DNA from: Podarcis melisellensis
Lineage: Eukaryota
Length of the DNA stretch: 64,000 nt
Direction: 5' to 3' (one strand)
Assembly: GCA_964234715.1 (NCBI GenBank)
Contig: OZ174279.1
The translations under genes were made by a program, and so were the position numbers. Below, one piece after another: positions 50,655-61,695 of the stretch (positions are counted from its first letter, which is position 1; every line of letters begins with the position of its first letter). The notes beneath the pieces were generated by a model. That model did no database searches. It had not been told where the DNA came from and was given only the letters and a program-made list of their open reading frames with translations.

Positions 50655-50899
50655 CTCCTGCCAACCTAGCTGTTCGAAAGCATGTCAAAGTGCAAGTAGA
50701 TAAATAGGTACCGCTCCGGTGGGAAGGTAAAAGGTGTTTCCGTGCGCTGCTCTGGTTCGCCAGAAGCGGCTTAGTCATGCTGGCCACATGACCCGGAAGC
50801 TGTACGCCGGCTCCCTCGGTCAGTAAAGCGAGATGAGCGCCGCAACCCCAGAGTCGGCCACGGCTGGACCTAATGTTCAGGGGTCCCTTTACCTTTACC
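50655..50899 (+). mobile_element. Sauria SINE (Squam1), 5'-truncated, young
   Basis: CCTGCCAACCTAGC…AGATAAATAGGTACCGC…ATGCTGGCCACATGACC…GAGATGAGCGCC…(ACCTTT)n tail; perfect 12-bp TSD TATTCTTAAAAC (50643-50654 and 50900-50911). Confidence 0.92.
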
Positions 50900-51363
50900 T
50901 ATTCTTAAAACACCTTGCAAGAATTCCACAACCACAGTCTCCGGTCCAGGGCCTAGCATACCTTCAAGTAGTGCTGGGAATGTCCTCTGGTGAGCCACTG
51001 CTAGTTGGTGTAGAATTGGAGACAATATTGAGCTTCTTTATAAGGCAGCCTCCTATTTTCACTAAGTAACTCAGCAGACAGTGGCTTATAGTCCAGCTGT
51101 GGTACATATTCTACTTTCTGCCCATTCATGTCTTAAAAAACCCCAGTGTGTCTAGCATTGTGTATGACTGGTTTTGTCCTCTCTACAACAAATAGTAAAA
51201 TACCCAATTACAACAGAATGGCCTCAAAGCAGCAACATGAAATTAAATAGTACATGAATTGGTAGCATTTTACCATGTTAAAATATCAAGGATCGGCTAA
51301 AACCTTTGACTTGAATAAGATTTCAGCTTCTAGCCATATAGAAAAATAATTTAAATTAGGCCA

Positions 51364-51517
51364 NNNNNNNNNNNNNNNNNNNNNNNNNNNNNNNNNNNNN
51401 NNNNNNNNNNNNNNNNNNNNNNNNNNNNNNNNNNNNNNNNNNNNNNNNNNNNNNNNNNNNNNNNNNNNNNNNNNNNNNNNNNNNNNNNNNNNNNNNNNNN
51501 NNNNNNNNNNNNNNNNN
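51364..51517. other. Assembly gap (154 N)
   Basis: Run of n characters. Confidence 1.
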
Positions 51518-52206
51518 ACTGAATGCTGTCAACTCTCATTGAACCATGAAGAAGGTGTTCAGAATTGCTTGCTAGACTGAACCATATCTCCTTGGTAACC
51601 CACTTCCGATGCATTATGTGATGTCATTGGTACTGTTAAAAGCAGGCTGTGTTACTTTGTTGTCATTGTCCCCCCTCCCAATTTCGAACATATTTTTACA
51701 CATTTCTTTTTTAAATGTGATGTTCATTGGATTTTCAGAGGGAAGTTTTAGTGAACTTGTATGTATGCTTTTGGGAACACAGAACGAAAGCATGTATTAT
51801 GATGTACAAATGAGGCAAATTATTCTCCCACCAGAATCTGTACTTCCTTGAGGTTGCATGCTTATTCTGGAAATTTATGAGGCAGGTATGTGCAACATAG
51901 ATTGCACCTATTACTTGTCTGGAGGCCTCTGGCATGCATGGGGAGTGCTAAGGAATCATCTCCCCCATTCCATGCCAAGTATCCTCTTGCCTTTCGGTGG
52001 TCTTGCAGAACTCTAATATTGCCGGAAAGCCTGTAATTTTTTCTGAGGTTCCTCTCTGTCTGGGACCCCTCAGTTCCCCATCGGCCCACTCTTCACCAAA
52101 ACTTTGCATTCAGAAGCTCTGTATTAATAATTTGGCCCTTGTGCTATCATACAAAATAATGGCGTAGTACAGCTTAAGTTCCAGTGTAAGTGTGACTATG
52201 AAAGCA

Positions 52207-52558
52207 CATAGGAAGCTGCCTTATACTGAATCAGACAATAGGTCCATCTAGCTCCTTGTTGTGTGTACAGGCTGGTAGCAGCTCTCCAGGGTTTTAGACA
52301 GGAGTGTTTTTTCCAGCCCTACCTGGAGATGCTGAGACCATCTGCAGGCACAGCAGATGCCCTGCCAGGGAGCTATTTGTTCCAGACTCACTGAAGCATA
52401 CAAATTTACCCTATACCAAGTCAGACTATTGATCTATCTAGCTCAGTATTAACTACTCTCCAGGGTCTTTCCCAGCCTTACCTGAAAATGCCTAGATTTG
52501 AAGCTTTGGTCATTTTGATGCAAAGCCTGTGCTCCGCCACTGAGCTATGTCCTTCCCC
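52207..52558 (-). mobile_element. Two tandem Squam2-like SINE copies
   Basis: ~52207-52378 and ~52397-52558 are each a reverse complement of the 36496 family (AGGAAGCTGCCTTATAC…; …CCACTGAGCTAT). Confidence 0.75.
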
Positions 52559-53199
52559 AGCTACTCTAGTGTAATGTAATAAGCCCTTCTCTTGGTGATT
52601 GCTATTTCTGAATCTCATCTTGGTCCAAAGTGAGCAGTATTTCCTCTAATGACAGCTTAGCTAATTAGTCTGCAAAGGCAACCAGTGTTTAGAGGAGTAG
52701 AATAAACAAATGTTTGGCTAAATAAATTATATATTTTTGTTCCACATTTTAATTCTGCCCCCAGGTGATTATAGGGCAAGCCACATTGAACTGGTTATGT
52801 AAAAAAAAAAGTCAACCAGTCATTAATCTTGCAGTAGGCTAAGGAATTCACACTTCTTGCATTGTTAAAAACTAGAAGCTACTGAAAATAACCTAAAACT
52901 GTTTTGCCTAAATAACATAGACAAAAATGAAAGTCAAGTAACAAGCAGGAGTGCTAAAAAGAAGTATAGATTATGAAACTGTTCAGTTGAACTAAAAATG
53001 CATTTGCTTCAATCCAGAGTCCCTTGTGCATTGTGATTCTTTTAAGTCTCTCAAGGTGACATGGAAGAGCCCTATCAGATATCCTTCTGTTTTGAACACT
53101 TGAACAGCAGCTGGGAGATGAATTTAATCAGGAAGGGGTTAAACCTTCCACTGCCTGCTATTTCCACAATGGAAATTGTTCCCCAATGTGCTATTTTTT

Positions 53200-53343
53200 T
53201 AAAACAAGGCTGCATTTTAAATTGCATTTTAACCTGTATTTTAAATTGGTTTTTTTCCTATTATGTTTTTATTGTAATTTTACTGGTATTAGTTGCCCTG
53301 AGCCCGGCTCTGGCCGGGGAGGGCAGGGTATAAATATAATTTT

Positions 53344-53405
<62 letters not shown>
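53200..53405 (+). mobile_element. L2-type 3' end with an expanded (TTG)n tail
   Basis: T-rich UTR, terminal GCCCTGAGCCCGGCTCTGGCCGGGGAGGGCAGGGTATAAAT, then ~20 TTG units (53344-53404). Confidence 0.7.
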
Positions 53406-53406
<1 letters not shown>

Positions 53407-54239
53407 TCCCTACAGCAGGAAAACATTAAGGTCCTCTCCCTGGACATCTTCCTCCACTGGCAAGTATCAGCTTTGGGAAAGTGCTTTTCATAGGGAAACT
53501 GCTCTGGAGAACAAAGGGCTAGCTTTTTACCCCAACACTGTGATCCTGATTAGATTTGCCACCTATTAAAATATTCTATTTGCTATTTTTTTTATATAAA
53601 GCCTGGGAAAATGAAAATACTGGAACTGCTGTTGCATCCAGTTCGACCCTTAGTGTGTGCATTAAGTCTCTGTTACTCACAAGAGACTAGTGGTTCAGTG
53701 CCTCTTTCTATGGACTCAGCTAGACTGGTAAAGAAAAAGCGATTTATATGTGTTGTATTGTGATATAACATTGTGCCACCAGATGGCGACATGGAGTCCT
53801 GTCTGTCTCTAACTGTTTTCCCTGTTTAAATTCACAACACTTTAAACGCTTCTTTGATGTGTCTAGATCCAGCCTATATGTAGTGATTGCCTTTGGGATA
53901 ATTTCATGGGAAAAGTTATGCAGGTGTTGCAAATAATAGGTGGGAACCACTGGCACAAACAGGTGGAATCTGTGGCAGCCGCATACAGAACAGGAGGGTC
54001 TGTGGGCCAGGTTATTTAAAATTTTAATCAGAACTTTAGGAAAGACTCACTGGGGATCATGGGAATTAAAAACTACAGAAAAGCAGAGTTTAAAGCAAGA
54101 GTCTAAAAGCAGCAGAGAAAACATTTAAGATAGCTTCCCAGAACTTAAAACCATTTCACCAAAATCCTGCTCAAAAAGGAAAGTCTTATATTGTGGTTAG
54201 AGGCCAATAGAGTGGTCAGCAAGGCAGGCTTCTCTTAGG

Positions 54240-54400
54240 ACTTTTAGAAGTCCTAAGGGAAGCTTTTAATGTTTAATAGATTATTGTAGTTTAATATTCT
54301 GTTGGAAGCTGCCCAGAGTGGCTGGGGAAACCCAGCTAGATGGGTGGGTATAAATTAATTATTATTATTATTATTATTATTAATAATAATAATAATAATT
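54240..54400 (+). mobile_element. L2 3' fragment with an (ATT)n(AAT)n tail
   Basis: GGAAGCTGCCCAGAGTGGCTGGGGAAACCCAGCTAGATGGGTGGGTATAAAT as at ~1320 and ~23490. Confidence 0.8.
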
Positions 54401-57400
54401 AGAGGGTGTGCTAAAGCCTAGTCACAGCTTCTGAAAAGGTATCTGAGGCATTTTGGAGACACACAAGAGACTCTGAAAGGTCAGAATAAAGAGGCATGAT
54501 TCACAGTCAGGTCTGTCTTCTAGCCTCTCTTAGTTATGTTCTGCTGAGAGCTCAGCAGTATGGAAGCAAAACCACATGAACCCACAAACTCTTCACATAT
54601 TACTTGCATGGACATGTAAAGTACATAGAATGCATCTTCTGGGCTATACCTCTGCCCCCATCCCCAATGATGTGTAACTGCCTCCTCTGCTGTCCACATA
54701 TTAGCATGGGTGACAAAAACAGGAAGGCCTACAGATGTAGGCTTCCCCACATCCTGGAACTCAGTCATGCAGGGTTCCATGACCCTAGAGTAGTCTTCTC
54801 AAAGGCTTCCTCTCCTTCTCAGATGGTGGGATGGGGCAGCGAGAGTGGAGAGCCATGCATGAGCAATAATCTTTACCAAAGGACCCCCCTTCGCCTCTAC
54901 CAGTGGGACTTGGGGTAGGCGCCCTCAAAATTGTAGGCCTTTGCCTATGAGCCCCCTCTGCCCCCCAAGTTCTGACCTGTGTATGAGTGGTGGTAGGGCC
55001 AAGGGTGCAGCCTCACAGTCCCTTTCCACACCCTTTGCCTTTTCACGTGAGTAATGCAAAAAGGAGGCCACAGAAATGCTACATAGGTATTGTAGTGTGA
55101 GTTACGTCACCCTCTGTTTGTCAAACGTATTGCAAACAGGTTGATTTTGATGCATAAATCATGTTATTGTTTAAATTAATAGCAAATTCTCATTGATTTC
55201 ATTTAGGTTGAAATTTTTCTCTAAGTCTCTGTAAGCCAAATAGCCTTTTCACCAGTCCTGCTGAAAAAGAACAACAACAAAAGCTCTAGATACTGCAGTC
55301 TTTTTGCAGATTGCACCTTGAGTCAAATATTCATACTCTGTTACAAGGTTTACATGAGAAATGAAATCTTCCTTGACATGGATTTTGCTTTCCCCCTAAA
55401 GGTTAGCATATTCACATGCACCTAATAACTATTAATAGTTGAAAGTGCAGCTGTGTTTGAGATCATTGTAGAAGCTTGCCAGTAGGGAAAAGACTTGGAT
55501 AGAAAATCCTATTTGACAGGAGAAAAGAATATAGACAACTTTAGTATGCCAGGAAAGTTGCGTCTGATGCCTTCTTTTTACACACCCTTTGAAAAACTAT
55601 ATGGAGATCTCAACCTACTACAGCATATAATAAAGCAATATTTTTATATGTGGAGAATAGTGTGATAATAAAAAGCTCTTTATTACTGAAATTTAATAAA
55701 ATGCTGTTTAGGTGTGCCCCCTCAGCCTCCTATATCATATGACACCTATCATCTACTAAACCTACTAAGAGATGATATAATAGACAAATCATGTCTCAGA
55801 GTCTCAAAAAAGTCAGTGAGAGGTTCACCCAAATGAAAGTGGATCAGTGAGTTCGCCCACATGAAATTGGCATTGGTTGTACACCAAGACTGATGACTAG
55901 GACTTTATACTGGATCTCTTTTTGAGAAGTGTGATACAAAACAAAGCAGTCCACCGTCACCACTGATTATCCTACTCCGTTGAATTATGACTTGTGGTTC
56001 CAACAGTACCATTAGGCAGAGAGATTGCTGGGGAGGGAAACAATGGGATCATCTAGATATTCCCATTCTCTTGAGCTGCTGCCCCAGCATCAACACCAAT
56101 GGCTTGTTGCTGGCCTGTGCTAGCTGGCTCAGCGAGTTTTCTCCCAATGCATCACCATCAGCACTGTTGCAGAGGAGAAATCTTGGCTGAGTGGGCAGGC
56201 AGATGCACAGGCTACCCACTCCAGCTGGCATGCCCTGTCTTGCTTGGCTCATCTGACACACACGGCCATCATGTCTGCATTGCAGCATTTGTTGGAGGGA
56301 GCAGGGGTCAGGAGGAGTGGGAAGTCACTGATGGCAAGGTGCTGGAAAGCAGAGCTGTATGTGCCATGCAACCTGCCCTATGCTTTCCAGCTCATATGCT
56401 GCATTTGAGTGTGGATGAGGATGCTGTCTGGTTACCCAAAGTGAAAGCAGATTCAACTGCCGGTCTGAGCGGTTAGTGTATGTGGGATGGAGAAGGGAAA
56501 CAACTTATTTTCCTTCTTCTCAGGCAGCAAAGTGTATTGCAAGGGCTCTGATTTTATATATATATATAGCTTCCCCACAACTGGATTGCCTTGTGCAATT
56601 GCTTGTCACACTGAACCAAACACCTGTGGGTGTTGAGGAAATGGATATCATACACTTCGGATGATTCTTCTACCTGGTGACTATTAAATTGTACAGGTTT
56701 CTGTCGTTTTTACTGGTTTTGAAGAATTAATCTTGCTAAAACGCAGCTCTCAATGTTATTTTATGGTGTGTTGATAGAATATATGTATAACACATGGATA
56801 TTTTATGTGTTTTGTGCTTTTAAAAAAGTATTCCCTCGCTATATGAAATTCATGAGTTGTAAGAACAAAGCATTACAGAAATCAGCAATGGTGGCTTATA
56901 AAATGCTAGCAGCCTCATACTTGGCACTGCTTGGGAATTCTAAGAAACCAAAATAAAACATAGAAATCAGTGAAATTTTGGAAGCCTCTGTCCACAGGGA
57001 TTCAAAATGGCTTCCAATCGCAGGTAAACATAGACCAAAACCTGCTCTTGGGAACAGGTGCATGCAGTCAGAGAGCAGCATGGATCTGTTTGAATGCCTT
57101 CTTGCAAACAGTCCTGGACTTCCCTTTACAGAGGTAATGTGCCTCTCATTTGGCTAAGTACAATCTGAACGGGGATAGACTTCACATATTAAGGCTTGTG
57201 TTTGTGTACAAAATAACAATGACAAGTGGGGTAAAAAAGCTTTATTTTTCTGTCTGTTGTATAGTATAGAAAATAAAAATATTGCTACTTCAGAACAGGA
57301 GTTTGCTTGGGTTCTTGAAGCAATGAGGTTGGGTTACTAAAAAATTGGGGCCTGGCAAACCATAAATAAAAACAAATATTTTATTTTAAATAGTAGTGAT

Positions 57401-57609
57401 GGGGGAGTTCCTTTGAATATAAGAGTAACCAGACTGGATCAATCCAAAGGTCATCTAGCCCATTATCCTGGTTTCCACAATGTCACCAGATGCATCAAGA
57501 AGCTTATACACAGGGCATGAGGCCAAGAACCCTGTTCTGTTGTTCTTCTCTCTTCCTTCAGCATATTCAAAGGTAGACATCATCCAAACTTGGTGAGGGA
57601 AAGCTTGTA

Positions 57610-57735
57610 CAGTTATACCTTGGATCCCGAACGCCTTGTGAATCAAACGTTTTGGCTCCCAAACACCGCAAACCTGGGAGTGTGTGTTCCGGTTTGTGAA
57701 CGCTCTTTGAAACCTGAACATCCGACACGGCTGTA
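57610..57735. mobile_element. Truncated Tigger/pogo-like MITE (one end only)
   Basis: TA|CAGTTATACCTTGG… start, CpG-rich with repeated GAAC/AAAC motifs; second TIR not found. Confidence 0.55.
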
Positions 57736-60034
57736 TATGGAATATACAAGTATATAGCCAGAATTGTATATAGAACCTCCAGGTTCAGAGACTGTCTCCC
57801 TCTAAATAATCTAAATAACCTGAAGTTGTGGAGGCTAACAACAGGAAAGGAAAGGGCTTTGGGTCTCAAACCCTGCTTTGTTTAAACACGTTTAAAAGGG
57901 TGTGCAAGCCAATGGCCAGCACCACATGATTTGCTGTGTGAAGAAATTATTTCACTTTTGATCCTACTGCTCCCTTTCAATTTCACTGGAAGACCCATAT
58001 TTCTGATGTTAGAGAAATGATAAAAATCTGTGGTAACATGCAAACGCTTGCAACTTGTAATTTCTTATGTACTCAATCTGTGTCGTGCCATATTCAGAAT
58101 TAAGTCCCACTATGTTCAGTGTAAGAGCCGTAGGCTGCATAAGATAGCCCAAATGTTTCTTGTTTATATTTCAGAATTTTGAAACTCTTCAGGCTTTTTT
58201 TGTAGCCCACAAAACCTTATGCCTTAATAAATGTTTTAGTCTGTTAAGATACCTCAAGACTAATTTTGTGGTACTGTATTTCATGTGCTCCTTTTGGGGA
58301 GAAGCTGCCTTATTTTGGCGATTGTACCAGCGGGCCCCACCACCTTAATCTGGCCTTGCTTCTGAGGGCTGAGTCCTCCATGGTCAACAATTGTCATGGA
58401 TTTCAGAGAAGGCTTCCAATGCATACTGCTGTTTGTGGTATCAAACTTCTTTTGGGTAACTCGTGTAAGAATGAAATGTATTGGATTGGCTCTGCAGAGA
58501 ATAAGCTGAAGGTTACAAACATGGCAGTTTATAGATTTATCTTATTTTCTAAACTATAGACTCGGAAACTTACAACAACTTCAGCATCTGTGAGACTGTG
58601 CAGAGGGGGCAGGAAGGGAACTGCTTGAACTCTTGGTAACACCATATGGAACACCGTATGGAAACTTAATTGATTAGAGTAGCGATAGGAACTAAAAATC
58701 CAGAGCCTTGTTAACAATTTTAGCTGTTGCAGTTCCCTGTGTTGTCCCAAATGTAAGATGCTTATGGGTGTGACGTTACAGAAGGCTTCTTAAGGCTTTT
58801 CATTTTGTGATTTCCTTGCATTTTGGCAGAGAGGGAATGAACCAGGATGGATTTCCAATAATATTTTGTAAGCTTATTCTTAATTATTTGGGTCTCTGAG
58901 TGTGACACGAACAACTCCTGCAGAAACTCTGAGAGTTGTTTTCATGCTGAGTCCTTGCATGTTACATTAGTATTTAATGATTTTGCACAATGTAAACACA
59001 TTGCTGTTCAAAGCTATTTTTATAATGAGGAACTTTTTAAAGCCAAAAAATAGAAAAGGAAAATTTATAGTGAACTCTTGCAGCAGTTAGTTGCTTGGGA
59101 TGTGGAAAAGTAGACCCCATAAAAAAGAGTAGCAGTACATCTATGGACCAATCCAAACATTATGCTAATTACATGAATGCAATTAATGTGCACATTTTTA
59201 ATATAGTAGCCTCTTTCTGCTTCTGCTGTGGTCTGACAAAAATTGCTTCTCCAATAATGTTGTTTGCCTTTCAGGGGATTTTTTTCAGGGACATAAAAAT
59301 CCCCCTCCTCTGCCCTAATGGTCCTAAAACAACTCCAGCATCACAAAGGCTGCTGTTTACTTAACCCAAAAAAACACATTAACTGCACAATTATAGTGTC
59401 ATGTTTGGTTCAAAGCTATAGCCTGGCAAATCGTATTCGCGACGGGACAACGAAGAGTGAGGCCGCGTGGCTGGCGCAGCAGCGATTTACGCTGTCATCC
59501 ACACCCCTTTGAAGGCACCTGGTTGGGTGCCTGCCCGTGGGCGTGGTGCGCCAGCCAGGTGAGTAGGAGGCAGGGGGCTAATGCCCCCTGCTTGAGGCGG
59601 AGACCGGCTCCCGCCCACAACCACTCCCCTCTTTTGCAGGAGGAGAGTCTTTGTAACTCATTGTTAAAGAATATGATTTCAAAATTTGGCCAAGACTGGA
59701 TCCGTAAATGATGCCAACCACTTCCCACCAGCACAAACCTCTTCCAGAGATGAAGCAGAACTCTTGGCCATGCATGTATCTCTGTGCCCAGCTCCTGTTC
59801 TATCTATACCATTCTCTTTCACCCTTTTTGACCCTCGCTCCTCCAGCACTAGCTATGGCTCTACGTATTTCCTTTCCACTTTGCTTTCAAAACTCCCAGT
59901 GAACTCTGTCATATGCAGCATCTGCTGCTACTTCACTGTTTCCCCTAAGATTATGGCACCCTAAAGCAACTACTTAGGTCGACTTTGTAACTAACTAGTT
60001 ACAAACTATATATTTTAGAGTTGTGAACTGGACT

Positions 60035-60100
60035 GTAGTAGTAGTGGTAGTGGTAGTGGTAGTGGTAGTGGTAGCGGTAGTAGTAGTAGTAGTAGTTGTA
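60035..60100. repeat. (GTA)/(GTAGTG)n compound microsatellite, probably the tail of a minus-strand L2 end (60100-60132)
   Basis: Repeat seen directly; adjacent ACCCTGCCCATCTGG is the reverse of the L2 terminus. Confidence 0.8.
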
Positions 60101-60199
60101 GGAATAATTTATTTCTACCCTGCCCATCTGGTTATTTTTACAGATCATATTTTAATTTGAGATGTTGAAAAAGACAATACAATGTACATAATAATAATT

Positions 60200-60390
60200 A
60201 TTAGCATCTGTAGAGCACTTTTAACATCATTCTGTGGTTTTTATAACAACCCTGTGAAGCGGATGAGTATCATCCCCATATTGTTGAGACTGAAAGAGAG
60301 CAGTTTGCCAGAGACCCGCCTAATGGGTTTCTACCTGGTGGTAGAGACAAGAACCGAACCACGAGCGTTCAGATTTGCAGCTCTTTGTAG
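60200..60390 (-). mobile_element. Old CORE/MIR-like SINE
   Basis: ACAACCCTGTGAAG…ATCATCCCCATATTG…GACTGAAAGAGAG, typical of the antisense CORE domain. Confidence 0.55.
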
Positions 60391-61218
60391 CTAGTATAGG
60401 CATTACCTCTGAACACCGTATACCAGCATGAATAGGAACCATAGAGCTGTGTATGCCATTCCTGCTTGCTCTGAGCTGCCCACGTTGAGTGAGAAGCTTT
60501 GAAGGGGGTCTCTATGTGTGTTTGACTATCTTCAAACCTTCCCACTCAGTGCCTCCTACTTTGATTAGGATTCCCTGTTCCAGCATAATGCCTGACTAAG
60601 CATGTCTCAGGCTGCAGTCCTAAAACACTTCCCAAGTAAGTGCAAGCCCTCTTGAACTCATTGAGCCTTGCTTCTGATTAAACATGCACAACATTGTATA
60701 ATTAACTCACTGTGTTACATCAGTTCACTTGGAATGTATTATTTTAGCACTATTACAGGAATAAAATTTGAGAGCTAGTAGGAACAGAGTGCTTATCTTC
60801 TGTTGTACTTCTACATTTAGAAGCAATCATTGGAAGATAGGCAGACGTAAGTTCAGATTTGAAAATGCTGCTTCAGATCTTTGTATTCTTGTATGATACA
60901 TACATAAGTCTAATTGGAAGACAAAATAGGCACATTTTGATCATTGCGAAACTAATATGGATGTACTCAGTAGCTGAATATTCAGCTTTTTAATAGAATT
61001 GTCAGGTGATGCAATATTTGGATGTATTGTGACTTCAGTAGTTCTAATTCAATGTCAAGTAGACTTTGAAAATCCCAAGCTAAAAGTTCCTTGAGCTGAG
61101 ATAGGTCTACAATTTTCAAGTGATGCTATTGGTGTTCTGTGTAAAGCTCACATGTTGAAATTGAAATTCCAAAGACTTCTGTTGACAAACTTTATTTCCT
61201 TTCTATCTCTTTTCTTAG

Positions 61219-61695
61219 GTTACATATTTGGGTAAAGTTTCCACAACAGGGATGCAGTTTTTGTCAGGTTGCACGGAAAAACCAGTCATTGAGTTGTGGA
61301 AGAAGCACACGCTTGCCAGAGAGGACATCTTCTCAGCTAATGCCCTTCTGGAAATCCGCCCCTTCCAAGTTTGGCTTCATCATCTGGACCTCAAAGGAGA
61401 GGCCACTATCCACATGGATACCTTTCAAGTTGCACGTATTGCTTACTGCACTGCCGACCACAATGTCAGCCCAAACATTTTTGCTTGGGTTTATCGGGAG
61501 ATCAACGATGATTTGTCCTACCAAATGGACTGCCATGCCGTAGAGTGCGAGAGCAAGTTAGAGGCCAAGAAGTTGGCTCATGCCATGATGGAGGCCTTTA
61601 AGAAGACTTTCCATAGCATGAAGAGTGATGGACGGATCCACAGGAATAGCTCATCTGAAGAAATGTCTCAAGAATTGGAATCTGACGACGGCTGA
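61219..61695 (+). CDS. PID1: PID1 terminal coding exon (PTB/PID domain), VTYLGKVSTTGMQFLSGCTEKPV...QELESDDG*
   Basis: Acceptor TTTTCTTAG|GTT at 61218/61219; 158 codons plus TGA (61693-61695); PTB-type motifs VxYLG, RIAYCTAD, IFAWVYRE, CHAVEC. With 49 aa from the upstream exon and the recalled 10-aa first exon this totals 217 aa. Confidence 0.98.
   Translation, partial: VTYLGKVSTTGMQFLSGCTEKPVIELWKKHTLAREDIFSANALLEIRPFQVWLHHLDLKGEATIHMDTFQVARIAYCTADHNVSPNIFAWVYREINDDLSYQMDCHAVECESKLEAKKLAHAMMEAFKKTFHSMKSDGRIHRNSSSEEMSQELESDDG

Larger units (their letters stand above)
4966..61218 (+). other. PID1: PID1 last intron (GT-AG, ~56 kb including gap)
   Basis: GT at 4966-4967 and AG at 61217-61218; flanking exons join in phase 0 (…GCK|VTYLG…). 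Confidence 0.93.

Noticed and set aside
51351-51614. ORF spanning X residues
   Set aside because: Artefact of the assembly gap.
53186-53569. ORF with a poly-cysteine run
   Set aside because: Translation of the (TTG)n microsatellite tail of an L2-type end.
59480-59500. Hammerhead ribozyme in the three-way junction (minus-strand GGATGA + stem)
   Set aside because: No CUGANGA and no GAAA after the stem.
61228-61695. 155-aa ORF as a stand-alone single-exon gene
   Set aside because: Its start codon is TTG (Leu); the region is a spliced terminal exon beginning at 61219.
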